From: Narcine bancroftii
Taxonomy: Eukaryota
Length of the DNA: 64,000 nucleotides
Direction of reading: 5' to 3'
Assembly (NCBI RefSeq): GCF_036971445.1
Contig: NC_091476.1
Coordinates: forward strand, 107,880,001 to 107,944,000
Shown here: in pieces, positions 22,861 to 34,925 of the stretch
Layout of the letters: the number at the start of each line of letters is the position of its first letter
Position numbering within the stretch: the stretch's first letter is position 1
Program-made: the position numbers and the translations under genes
Notes under the pieces: generated by a model
The model's database searches: none
Told to the model about the DNA's origin: nothing
What the model saw: only the letters and a program-made list of their open reading frames with translations

Positions 22861-25020
22861 ATACACATAAAGCACCATGTCTGTTAAACTGCTAAGATCT
22901 ATTGAAAGGTAGATAGGAAGATAAATTGCACTTATTCTATGAAAAGCAAAAGTTTTAGAATGTTGTAATATTGTGCTGACGGCAGAAAAATAGAATTAAT
23001 GCAGCTTTACTTATTAAGCAAATATTTGATATAGCAGTGTACAAAAGTGTTGGAGATACTCAGTGAGTCACACATCATTCATAGGAAATAGAAGGTAGCT
23101 GACATTTCAGGCCTGAGCTTTTCATCAAGAGCATTGAATAAAAAGGTGAGGTGGGGTGGGGGGGGGGTGAAGAGCACAGGCTAACAGGGAAGAGGTAATG
23201 GGTGGATCCCGTTAGAAGAGAAAGGAGCTAAGAAAGATAGCTCTGTTATGAGAGGGAAGCGGTGAGGAGCTGGAAGAATGGACAGAGGGATGAGGGAAAG
23301 ATGCTTCTCTTTGCTACTGCCATTAACTCAGCCCTCAGTTGTATATCCTCAATATCATGTACGTCATATACTCTTACTTTCCATGACATCAGATAAATTG
23401 CACAAAAGATGGTCTCAAGGCGTTAACTCTCAATTATGCACAATCTATATCCAGCAAAAAAAAAGCTATATTTAAATTTTGCAATTGTTATTGATTTGAT
23501 CTTGTAACTCCAGATCTTAGTTCAATTCTATGGATTGATGCTATCATAAAAGAATCATTGCTTTCAGGGAAACATGTTTTACACTACGTTGTTTACATGA
23601 ATGTTGACAATGTTTAGAAAGAGATACAATATGCAAGTGGATATTTGATTGTGGGTTGCATCATCCAATTTTCACATGCTTCATCTAAAAGAACTCATTG
23701 GATAATTACAAGATAAACCATTTAAAATTATTTTTCCTCATTTGGTTTAGGTGAACTGTTAGCAGTTCAAATTTATTATCAGCGTACCTACATGACATCA
23801 CGTACAACCCTAAGATTCTTTTTCCTGCATACGAGGGAGAATTGCCATTTATTGGTAGTGCAGAAAACTATACTCAAGAAGATGCACATACATGTCAATG
23901 AATAAACAAATGTAAACAAACTGCAATACAGAGAGAAAAAGATCAATAAAGTGCAAAAGTAAGAGTCCTTAAATGAGACACTGATTGAGTTTGTTGTTGA
24001 GTCTGATGATGGTGGAGGGGGGGTGGGGAGAGAATGGATAGCAGCTGTTCCTGAACCTGGTGATGTGAGTCTTGTGGCATCTATACTTCTTTCCTGATGG
24101 TTGCTGCGAGAACAGCACGTGTTGGGTGGTGTGAATCCTTGATGATTGCTGCTGGTCTCTGACGGTAGCATTCCTTCTAGATGTTTCTGATGGTGGGAAG
24201 GGTTTTCCATGTGATGTTCTGGGCTGTGTCCACTACTTTTTGCATAGCTCTCCATTCAGCAGTATTAGTGTCCCTGTACCAAGCTGTGATTCAGGTGGTC
24301 CGCACACTTTCCCCATACATCTGTATGGGGAAATTTGCCAAGGTTTCTGATGTCATACCAAACCTCTGCAAACTCTTTGAGCAAGTGGAGGTGCTGACAT
24401 GATTCTTTTTCATTAGTGTGTTGGGTCCAGGAAAGATCCTCTGAGATAGTGATTCCCGATAATTTGCTCACCCTCTCCACCTCTGATTTCCCCCATTGAT
24501 CACCTCTGGTTTTCCCTTCCTGAAATCAATACTCAGCTCCTTGGTTTTGGTGACATTGAGTATGAAGTTGTTGTTGTTGATGCACCATTCAGCAGAGTTC
24601 TCAATCACCCTGTATGCTGACTCTGTGGCAGAGTATTTAGAGGTCGTTTGGGAGGAATTGTTAGAACAGGTTGCACACAAACATTTTAAAACAATCTTTG
24701 CTGTACTTTTGCAGAATGCCTGGGAAAACATAAGATCTTTGCAGGAAGAGGAGAACAGTTTTGCTCTCAGAAGGCTTTTTCAGGTGCATTCTACGCCAAG
24801 AATATGCCTGAAGAAGCAGAAGTGGCCCTTTAAATTGCCATTCAGGTGGCAGCGTTGAAAGCGCAATGCTGGCCACCTGAAGGACACAGCTGCACTGGAT
24901 GCGCCTCTGAGCGCACTCCGGCTCCTGCCCAGTGTCAGCTGTGCTCCCGCCCAGTGTCAGCTGTGCTCCCACCCACTGATGTGGTGTCATTTTGAGCGCA
25001 ACAAGAAGGAACACAGGTCA

Positions 25021-26480
25021 ATGGCAGGAGACATGATGATGATTTCAGCATTTCTGAGTGTTCAGAATGAGATACGGCAGATCCTTGGTAAGGCTATTTG
25101 TGCTGTTGAAGCTCTTCAATCGTCCTTGAGATCTGAAAATTGCATGGGTGCAATCGGGAGAAGACTCCTGCAAAGGTTGAGGGCAGGAAGACAGCAGTTA
25201 GCGGTCGAAAGGTGCGAGGAGCCTAAGCGCCGCAGATGAATGCTGCTGGTCAGTCCATTAGCTATGTGACACATCGGTCTCTCTGGAGGTAGATCCGACC
25301 CCAGGGTGCTGAGTTCTGGAGTAATGTCCTCACCAAATTTGATGATGCTGAGTGGAGCAGACACCTGTATGTTGCTTGGCACCTTTCACTTCGTGCTGGA
25401 ACTCGTAGAACCTCACCTGAAGGTGCATAGACTGGACTTGCAGCGACCATTGGAGCCTGGACTTTGATTAGCTGTGGCCTTGTGGTGGTATGCCAGCCCT
25501 TGTGAGTATTGATCCATCAGTACCCTCTTTGGAATAGGCGTCAGCACTGTGTGCATGGTGGTGCAGGAGGTGACTGCTGCCTTGAGGAAGTTCTTCGGTA
25601 AACATTTCTTCTCCCTGCCAAGTGGAACATGTCTCCAGGAGACCCTTGATGGCTTTGCGCAAAGGGGATTCCAAATGTGCTGGTGCCATTGATGGGTCAC
25701 ACATTCCCATTATTGCACCAGCATGGATGCTGCAGCCAACTACAATCGCAGAGGGTGGCATTCGGTGGTTCTGCAAGTGGTGGTCGACCACAGATTCTGG
25801 TGAGTTAAGCCTCTATTGATTTTTGTCACATTACATCTCAAATGACTATAACTTCACTGTAATTTCCATTCATGCTACAGCTTCTCAGATGTGTTTGTCA
25901 GGTGGCCAGGCTGCACGCATGATGCCCGAGTGCTTGCCAACTCTCCTCCGTATAGAAAAGCAGAGGACCAGGGCGGATACTTCTTCCCACATGACGTGAG
26001 TGTTCACCCTTCAAAGCTCCGTGTTTCAATATGTTATGCATGCTTGTGTCAAATTCAGGTGCATGAATTAACTACATTTCTGCATTTTTGTGCCTGCAGG
26101 TGTCCAAGGATGTTGAAGGAGTGGAGGTTCCAGCACATCTTGTGGGTGATGTGGCATACCCACTACGAAGCTGGCTGATGAAGGGGTTCACAAAGCACCG
26201 AGTACTGGATCCGGATCAATGAAGATTTAACAAGGCCCTTAATTCAGCAAGGATAGTGGTGGAACATGCGTTTGGCCATCTAAAAGGCCGCTGGCGGTGC
26301 CTGTCCAAGTATTTAGATATCTCTACCGCCTTAGTCCCAGATGTTGCGTCTGCCTGCTGTGTACTGCACAATATATGGGAGATTAACAAGGAATATTTCC
26401 CTTCAGAGTGGACATTGGTTGAAGCAGATGGTCCTGCACCCAATAGGACAGATTGTCTTGATCAGCAGGCCCATGGACTA
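25021..26480 (+). pseudogene. Harbinger DDE transposase (HARBI1-family), 3 exons, disrupted
   Basis: Motifs CAGAIDGSHIPI, YNRRGWHSVVLQVVVDHRF, WPGCTHDARVL, LVGDVAYPL, VVEHAFGHLKGRWRCL and ACCVLHNI. GT-AG introns 25800-25880 and 25996-26099 restore the frame. In-frame stops (e.g. TGA 26220) and frameshifts remain. The 3' end is approximate. Confidence 0.88.
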
Positions 26481-26999
26481 TTATGTCCATCCTGTAAGGG
26501 TATGTCCCTGCTACCCAGCTCCCCATTTTCCACAACTTGTTCCCCCCTTCATCCTCCCTACCCAATGTGGTGACATGAGCCTGCTGCCTGGCATGTTATG
26601 TGCTCTTGCGAATGAATGGGTGCATATAAATGTAACATGTGACTTGTGTGTTTGTCAAAAAGTTAATAAAATTTAATAAAAGATGTTCTTTGAGAAATCA
26701 CACTGCTTCATAAATATCTGAGGTAGATATCGCAATGCTAACATTTCACATCGTGCTTAAACTTGAAGTAAACCATGAAATGGACAAATAACAGTGCAAA
26801 TGCACTCCACACTTGAACACCGCAGAACAAACACTAGAACAATAAACACAACCACCGGCACCGTAGCATCTCACTGCTTGAATGTTTACATCCTAAAGTG
26901 ACGCACAGAACATTGCACTTATGAGGAGCTTCATGAACAACAAAAGTGAACAGTGCGTTAGCAGCATTAAGGATCTTTAGTCTGACACAAACCTCATTC

Positions 27000-28070
27000 C
27001 AGCATTGAGAGGAATAAGTTGGGGGGGGGTGGGGGGGGGGGGGCGCAGGAGGGAATGTGGAGCCTGTCCCGGACCGCAGCATCTCAGTCATGCCAAAGCA
27101 TCCACTACTGTGATGTACTGGTGTAGAATGAAATGGCATGCTTGATGGAGGGGCCAGGTACATGGGATGAGGCTGATAATATGAGAGGCCTCCATTCGCG
27201 TGACCAATCTGTTGATGACTGACTGCCTGTCCGTTGCGGCGCTGAAGCTGCAAACTCAGACATCGACTGGGCATGCTTCTCCACTTCGGAGCGGCGCGAT
27301 GCTTCCTCGTCCTCCCTCAGGTCAGCATGCATGACTCTCGTGATCCAGCGCCTCCTCTGTACGTTGGTGGTCTCTCTCACTGTCCTCCCTGTCAAGTACC
27401 AATGTCATCGCCTGTAGCTCCTTTGCGAGAACCTGACCCTTGGTCAGTCGCTGGTGCTTGCGTCTAGGACCAGAGGCTGTGGGTGGAAACAGGAAAAGTG
27501 CATCAGCATTGGACTTGGGTGCTTCTCCATAAACACAACCTCGATGCTACTTTGTCTGTGTTCTCTGTTGAAAGTGCCGCCTCGCCACTTCCAGGGACAG
27601 TGACCTCTGTGCTTCCTCTCTCGGGGCATCCAAATCTGTGGCTGCCGGGTCTTCGGCGGTTGCCTCCTCCTCCTGGACCGGCATGTCTCCTCCAGTGCCG
27701 CTGGATGAACCCTGAGATCCCTCAGGGATGAGCTCTGGGGAATCGGGGCTCTCCAGAACGCTGGCTACATTCAAGGGAGTAGCTGAGCAGCTAGCCCCCC
27801 AGAGAGTGTGGCACTGGTCGAAGTACTGCCACTCCTCCTGTTGTGGTCCAGGAGTGCGTGGAATTTCTTCCTCATGCTCTTCAGCTTCGTGACCATCTGG
27901 TTTTTATTGTGCTTGTGCCCTTGTGCTGCGAACACTCCAGACAGCTGCTCAAATGTGGGACCATCCCTAACTGTCCCAGTGAGCTCGCTTTCCTGGGATT
28001 CCTGAGTCAGATGGTCTAGAAGCAGTCTTAACTCTTTATCAGACCAGTTACAAGCCTTTTTTGGAGCCAT
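27000..28070 (-). pseudogene. Harbinger-associated Myb/SANT (trihelix) DNA-binding protein, disrupted
   Basis: MAPKKACNWSDKELRLLLDHL...FEQLSGVFAAQGH..QMVTKLKSMRKKF...NRRSG is a Myb_DNA-bind_4-like domain. An acidic linker follows, then a possible intron (~27539-27477) and a basic/coiled-coil segment (PRRKHQRLTKGQVLAKEL). The 3' end is approximate. Confidence 0.8.
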
Positions 28071-28659
28071 TTTTCAAATACACTGTTTTCCTGCACTGCT
28101 AAAACAAAATGATTGAATCTGCACTAGCCTGCCTTCACAATGTGCTTCAAGATTCGCGTCAGGCGTCTCAGGCTGACGACGTCACTACCATGTCAGCAGC
28201 CCGCCCTTTGATAGCCGTTTTTAGCCACCTGCATTCAGGTGGCTGGGGGAGCCACTGTGCTGTGCTGATTATCCCTCTTGGAGGAGGGTTATCTAGCTCG
28301 CCTCAAAGGTGACTCCTGCACGTTCACGTGGCCTCCCCAAAGCCGCATATTGCCAAAATATGTGGCTTTACATGCGGGGCAATTGGCCACCTGAAAGTGC
28401 CTAGAGAGGGAGGGAGTGAAACAAAGAGGAGAGCCAGAAATCAGTTCCAGGAGGACAAGCTGACAAACTTTGGAAGGCTGTCTGGTCAAAGGAGGAGATT
28501 GGTGGTCTGAAAGGTGACCTGAAAGTAAGAGGATCACCTGGAGAACGCTGAAGGGGACAAGTTTCATCAGCAAGGCTGATTGGAAAGGAATCAGTTGTGG
28601 ATGTCCTGGAAAAATAATTTTTCTCTGAAAACCAGCAAGAACCCTCCTGAGTGGTAACC

Positions 28660-30414
28660 TTCTCTCTTTGGCTTGGCTTCACGGACGAAGATTTATGCAG
28701 GGGTAATGTCCACATCAGCTGCAGGCTCGTTTGTGGCTGACAAGTCCGATGCGGGACAGGCAGACACGGTTGCAGCGGTTGCAAGGGAAAATTGGTTGGT
28801 TGGGGTTGGGTGTTGGGTTTTTCCTCCTTTGTCTTTTGTCAGTGAGGTGGGCTCTGCGGTCTTCTTCAAAGGAGGTTGCTGCCCGCCGAATTGTGAGGCG
28901 CCAAGATGCACGGTTTGAGGCGATATCAGCCCATTGGCGGTGGTCAATGTGGCAGGCACCAAGAGATTTCTTTAGGCAGTCCTTGTACCTCTTTGGTGCA
29001 TCTCTGTCTCGGTGGCCAGTGGAGAGCTCATCATATAACACGATCTTGGGAAAGCGATGGTCCTCCATTCTGGAGACATGACCTACCCAGCGCAGTTGGA
29101 TCTTCAGCAGCGTGGATTCGATGCTGTCGGCCTCTGCCATCTCAAGTACTTCGATGTTGGTGATGAAGTTGCTCCAATGAACGCTGAGGATGGAGCGGAG
29201 ACAACGCTGGTGGAAGCGTTCTAGGAGCCGTAGGTGATGCCGATAGAGGACCCATGATTCGGAGCCAAACAGGAGTGTGGGTATGACAACGGCTCTGTAT
29301 ACGCTAATCTTTGTGAGGTTTTTCAGGTGGTTGTTTTTCCAGACTCTTTTGTGTAGTCTTCCAAAGGCGCTATTTGCCTTGGCGAGTCTGTTGTCTATCT
29401 CGTTGTCGATCCTTGCATCTGATGAAATGGTGCAGCCGAGATAGGTAAACTGGTTGACCGTTTTGAGTTTTGTGTGCCCGATGGAGATGTGGAGGGGCTG
29501 GTAGTCATGGTGGGGAGCTGGCTGATGGAGGACCTCAGTTTTCTTCAGGCTGACTTCCAGGCCAAACATTTTGGCAGTTTCCGCAAAACAGGACGTCAAG
29601 CGCTGAAGAGCTGGCTCTGAGTGGGCAACTAAAGCGGCATCGTCTGCAAAGAGTAGTTCACAGACAAGTTGCTGTTGTGTCTTGGTGTGAGCTTGCAGGC
29701 GCCTCAGATTGAAGAGACTGCCATCCGTGCGGTACCGGATGTAAACAGCGTCTTCATTGTTGAGGTCTTTCATGGCTTGTTTCAGCATCATGCTGAAGAC
29801 GATTGAAAAGAGGGTTGGTGCGAGAACTCAGCCTTGCTTCACGCCATTGTTAATGGAGAAGGGTTTAGAGAGCTCATTGCTGTATCTGACCCGACCTTGT
29901 TGGTTTTCGTGCGGTTGGATAACCATGTGGAGGAACTTGGGGGGGCATCCGAGGCGCTCTAGTATTTGCCAAACCCTTTCCTACTCATGGTGTCGAAGGC
30001 TTTGGTGAGGTCAACAAAGGTGATGTAGAGTCCTGTGTTTTGTTCTCTGCACTTTTCTTGGAGCTGTCTGAGGGCAAAGACCATGTCAGTAGTTCCTCTG
30101 TTTGCGCGAAAGCCGCACTGTGATTCTGGGAGAAAATTTTTGGCGACACTAGGTATTCTATTTAGGAGAATCCTAGCGAAGATTTTGCCTGCAATGGAGA
30201 GCAGTGTGATTCCCCTGTAGTTTGAGCAGTCTGATTTCTCGCCTTTGTTTTTGTACAGGGTGATGATGGCATAACGAAGGTCCTGAGGCAGCTTTCCTTG
30301 GACCCAGCAGAGCTTGAAAAACTCATGCAGTTTGGCATGCAGAGTTTTGCCGCCAGCCTTCCAGACCTCTCGGGAGATTCCATCCATATCTGCTGCTTTG
30401 CCACTTTTCAGTTG
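28660..30414 (-). mobile_element. RTE-clade LINE, 5'-truncated, relatively young
   Basis: ORFs 29959-30486 and 28715-29791: NYRGITLLSIAGKIFARIL, ESQCGFRANRGTTDMVF, FVDLTKAFD, LLFADDAAL, C-terminal CNRCNRVCLSRIGLVSHKRAC. 3' tail gaagccaagccaaagagagaa. Confidence 0.92.
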
Positions 30415-31834
30415 CCTGTTAAACACCAAAGCCTGGTGAACTTTGTTAATGCTAACTTCTGTGCACAAAAGAAGAATTGCCTGCAACCAGTGAGATTGGA
30501 CTGTGATCCAAAGAACTTTTCTAATCTTAAATATACATTACATACACCTGCGCTTAGTATTAGAGGGGGGATTAAGTAGTTAGGTAGGTTAAGTAATAAG
30601 TTAAAGTTTAATTCTGTTTTCTTGTTCAATTATAATTAAAAAACTACTTCTGTTTAAATAACCCTGTGTTGTGGTGAATATCTATTGCTGCTGGTTTTTG
30701 GGGTGTCCTCTGGACTCCGTAACAACTCATCGGCCCTTTTCAAACAACCTACTACCATGGTATTGTCAGCGAATTTGTAAATTCTGTTGTTGTCAAACTG
30801 AGCCACACAGTTATTGGTGCATAGTGGGTAGAGCAGGAGGCTAAGAATGCAGCCTTCTGGTACTGATGGTGTAATGGTGGACTTAGGTTGAACTATAGTG
30901 TTCTGAAAGAGAGCTGGATAAGTAACTGAAAGGAAGGAATTTGCAGAGTTATGGGAAAGGATGGAAAATGGGATTACTTGTCCTTTATTTCTGGCTTCCT
31001 TGCATGCTATAATCATTATGAATTTTTCCCTCTCTCCAACAATACTTATTAACAACTTTTTATAACTTATCTATTTGCTTGGTGAGCATTAAACTTACCC
31101 TGCCTTGATTTATCTCAATTTAGTCTAGGCAATGTGATGGAAAATGGATTGCTTGCACTATGCTTTGAGAAGATCTTAAGCTGTTTTTCACTCAACCTAT
31201 TGCTGTATGTTTATAGCCATTTAGATGTATAAACGTACATCAAGTAGTGTTATAAGAATATGTCGTCTTGCATAGCATAATTGGAAATCAAATGAGAATA
31301 GAGGAAGAGTTTTGATTTGGAGAACAAAATGATGTGAAATAGAAGTAAAGATGAGCACAAGAGAAAATGCAACTAATTTGGGTCACATTGAAATGAGATA
31401 CCACTAAAATATGCTTGATAATCTACCTGGTTTTGCATTTCACAAATTCAGCGCCAATGATTTTTTTTCTTGATGCCTCTGGTTTGGATGCGATTAATAG
31501 ATAAAGCAAAGCCTTTTTTCTGCATGATAGATTTGAATGGAAACCGAAAACATGGCTTTTTCTTTTTCTATTGGTGTTTACAAATTGTAAAATAATTAGG
31601 GTTGTCCCACGGGCAAAACATTTAAAAAAAAATCTTTAATTTCCCACAAACTGTCTGGAAAATACCTTTTAAAGCTAGAATAATTGTAAAAAATGTTGGA
31701 ATAAAAACTTGGATGCAAGACTACTCACATATTTCCTGCTCCTGAGAAACGAGGGAAAATTTTCTGCAAATGCACATTCTCCTTGGTGTTAAAATTATTA
31801 TACTTCTTGCTGTAAAGGCAAAGATAACTGCAAG

Positions 31835-32680
31835 TGTAATGGTTAGTGCAACACTATTACAGCACTAGCAACCTGGGTTAACACCCACTGCTGACTTTAA
31901 GGAGTTTGTATATTCCCCTCATGATCATGTGGATTTCCTCCAGGTGTTCCAGTTTCCTTCCACATTCGAAAGATATTTCAGGATAATAGGTGAATTGGTC
32001 ATATTGGATGTATTTGGGTGGTACAGGCTTGTGAGCAGAAGGGCCTGTTTGCAAGATGGTGGTATCTGTGTTCAGCAGCAGCCACGAGGGATTGCTGACT
32101 CTGGGGAACAGCGAACCGGCATAGAGCGTCAGACACTGGGGCAACACCCCACGTTGAGAAGGAGAAGCAGAAGGGGCAATCCTACAGAATGGTGATCATG
32201 GCAGCAGACCAGTGAGGTGCTCAGCAGTTGAAGGACCCAATAGGACAGTGACCAGGACAGTAACCACAGCAGTGGACTAGCAAGGTCCTCAGCTTCCCAC
32301 ACAGGCTTGCGATTAGGGGACTTGAACAGGTTGCCGGCTATTGGGAACAGGTATTAGAACTGTGATTTGAGGGTGCTGTGGGCAAAAACACTCCCCAAGG
32401 GCCAACAGCACTGAAGGCTTCCTAATTGTGTCAGATGTTTGGATCTGGACTTTGGGTTGCCGATGGTTTGAACTGGAATCTGCAATTGCAGAGGCTGCGG
32501 GAGTGCTGGAGGTGAATCCACGGAAACTCAGTGACTGCATAAAGGGATTCTTTTGCTTCTCTTTCTCTTGTACTGTAAGGGCCACCAGGTGACACTAATG
32601 GTGACTCTTTCAGCAGACAGAAGGCAATTTCTTGTAATATTACATTCTGTACTATTACATGACAATAAAGGAATCTTTAA
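31835..32680 (+). mobile_element. V-SINE-like element followed by a LINE-type 3' UTR repeat
   Basis: V-domain at ~31900-31965. The downstream GC-richer repeat ends in catgacaataaaggaatc, like the Rex1-type tails elsewhere in the window. Confidence 0.55.
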
Positions 32681-34326
32681 TCTTTTCCCCAAACTAAATT
32701 AAATGGATATCATAGATTCCTGCTTTATCTGTACTTATTTCATTTGTGACTATTGCATTGTGAATTTCCATTTCATTTGCTCTTTATAGTTACTTTTGGG
32801 AAAGTGAATCCTTATCTCTTCCTAACTTTACAATTATTAGTTTACTGAGAATGATTTATCTCTTAAAAATGCTATTTGGTCTTCTATAAGTTACTTTCTG
32901 TGACAGAAATTTGGTAAGAAAAATGACCCTTGCATGTCTTTGACCATTCCAGATCTTGCCACAAATTAAAGTATGCAATCAAACTTGGATTATTTGGGTT
33001 AATGAAACTATGCAGGACGAGGATGTATCGTTGAGCAAACTGCATTTTGCTAATAGGTGGTAGCTACTCAAAATGTGAGGAGCCATTCATCTTTTCATTG
33101 GGGTAACAGAACTGAACATATCCAACCTCAGTTTACAAGATTTGATTGGAGCACAGATTTTGAGTTTGGTCTGTGGAAGTGATTGTGTAATATTAATAAC
33201 AATTCTTGGGAGTCCATGTACAGTGAGAGTAATCATCAACCTTGGTGACTGGGCAGGAAATTGCAAGAGGAGCCCACTGAGAGAAAACTTAAATAATGAA
33301 GTTGTATTTAGAATGGAAGTTTAACTCCCATTGGACTTCAGTGCTTAGCTATCTTTTAAACATTCTAATACATGTGTTTCTTACTGTTGATATGGATTTA
33401 TTGCAGATGGTTACTATATTTAATTATTCATTATTTTAAAGTGGCTCCAAGTTCCTCTTCCCTTGCCTCTTTCAGGATTTGACCTGGGGACAGCATCCAT
33501 TCCGTTCCTGGATCTATTTTTCTTGCAGTTTTGATCTAATATGTGAGGGGAAAATATAATAGGTACCTTTTTGAGAACATGTGAAATGTGGATAAAAATT
33601 ATTCAATGCAAATAAGAATGGGAGGATAAAGCAAACAGAAAACTGTTTCCATTGAGAACTGGGTGACATTAATTAAATTTGGCTTGAACAGACAAGATGG
33701 CACAACATGAAAAAGGGTCCAACAAGTATTTGAAGTGCCAGTGACTACTTTTTATAGGAGATATTGTACATTGAAACATGTAGATCCAGGACCAGCAATG
33801 ACTATTGAACATTGATTTTTACACAGAGGGGAAAATCTGTTCTGCTCTGCAAATATAGTCCCTTGTCCAGAAATAAATATTGAAAACTAATTTGAATGAG
33901 ACTTAACAGTAACTGCAAGCCAGTCTTTTAGATGTTTTTCTTATAAACATATATTTGATAGTTTAAGGTTTGCAGAGTTTGCTGTGTCCAGTTCTGACAA
34001 TGCAACTGTCAATGCACAATAAACTTGATCCCTTAAATGCTTGAAAGAACGTCAACAAAGCAACTTTGCTTTTCTTTTGCTTGGCAGATTTATTATGTTA
34101 TCATTCTAGTTTTCAGACCTTTTGTTTATTTATTTAGATGCATGTTGATCAAACTATTTGCTATGCATAAGTGAGGTTGGAGCCTCTCCACTGCGAGGAT
34201 GATGTTACTCTGTGAGACGATCCTCTAAAAGTTAAAATGATTTGTTGCCATGAAAATCAATCTAAGTGAAATCAGCATTTCTGGTTTTTTTTCTCATATT
34301 ATATTTTGATTATATTTCCTATTCAG

Positions 34327-34405
34327 GATGAACAGTTTTTGGGTTTCTGCTCAGATGACAACAGTGTACGGAGCCCTTCAAGGTGTCATTTCAGATCCCT
34401 GCGAG
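34327..34405 (+). CDS. KMT2A: KMT2A (MLL1) coding exon 2
   Basis: ttcag|GATGAACAG...CGAG|gtaat. Encodes DEQFLGFCSDDNSVRSPSRCHFRSLR, matching the MLL1 DEQFLGFGSDEE motif. 79 nt; phase fits exon 3. Confidence 0.9.
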
Positions 34406-34925
34406 GTAATTGCCACCTTTTCTGTGTTCTTTCGACATAATGCATCAATCTTTAAAATTCAATCAGTAAAGTTTTATGGTTTAATTTCATTAGTTCAAGT
34501 TACAAGGTTACAATTCTGAAATCACCTGCCAATGTTCGTTCGATTTCTGCGTGATGCAGATCCTGATTATCTGAGTATAATTTCATAGATTCAGCATCTC
34601 ACACACTAACTAACCAATTGGCTAGTCATTCTCTGGGAGCTGGATAGTTTTACGAATTGTATCAAAACTGGAACCCTATTTGTTAGCTCCATGCCTGTTT
34701 TTTCTCAAGTGTTGCCACATAAAGATGGTGACTTAGCCAAAGCCATTTTTTTCTTGTTTTATTTCTGCCCTCCTTGTTAACATGGTTCAATTGGAGATGC
34801 AGTCAATTGAACTAAGTGACTAATTTCTTTAATCTTCATGACATCATAGAAAGGAATTATCTTAAATTCTGCACCAGAACTGGAAGTATTTCCTGGCCCC
34901 ATTTTGATATTTTGGCAGGAAGATA

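Larger units (their letters stand above)
24772..28402. mobile_element. Full-length PIF/Harbinger DNA transposon (3631 bp)
   Basis: 15-bp terminal inverted repeats (TIRs) AGGCTTTTTCAGGTG / AGGCACTTTCAGGTG (13/15) and a 3-bp TSD AGA (24769-24771 and 28403-28405). It carries convergent transposase and Myb/SANT genes. Confidence 0.9.
24624..30724 (+). mobile_element. Solo LTR (Gypsy-type), itself interrupted by Harbinger and RTE insertions
   Basis: TGTGGC...GTAACA with a perfect 4-bp TSD ACTC (24620-24623 and 30725-30728). Pieces 24624-24771, 28403-28659 and ~30415-30724 align in order with the solo LTR at 35388-36259. Confidence 0.88.
23770..30880 (-). mobile_element. Rex1/Babar-like LINE, 5'-truncated, split by a 6.1-kb nested insertion
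   Basis: RT reads PEGCILSLLLY..IYKFADNTMVVGCLKRADE (30880-30725) and continues SAYRVIENSAEWC..LNVTKTKELSIDFRKGK and GITISEDLSWTQH (24623-23770) across the ACTC TSD. Confidence 0.85.

Noticed and set aside
25021-28070. Domesticated HARBI1/NAIF1/MSANTD host genes
   Set aside because: Both frames have stops and frameshifts and lie between TIRs with a TSD inside an LTR.
28655-30420. TSD for the long RTE copy
   Set aside because: The flanks (gtggtaacc | cctgttaaac) show no clear duplication. A few LTR bases appear lost, with possible microhomology, so no TSD is claimed.
30654-31055. 133-aa minus ORF as a novel RT fusion protein
   Set aside because: It is chance read-through from flanking DNA through the Rex1 RT fragment into the LTR end.
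1-34326. KMT2A exon 1, promoter or a nested host gene
   Set aside because: I see no CpG-island-like, Gly/Ala-rich exon 1 sequence. The GC-rich blocks are all TEs and the other short ORFs lack recognisable homology.
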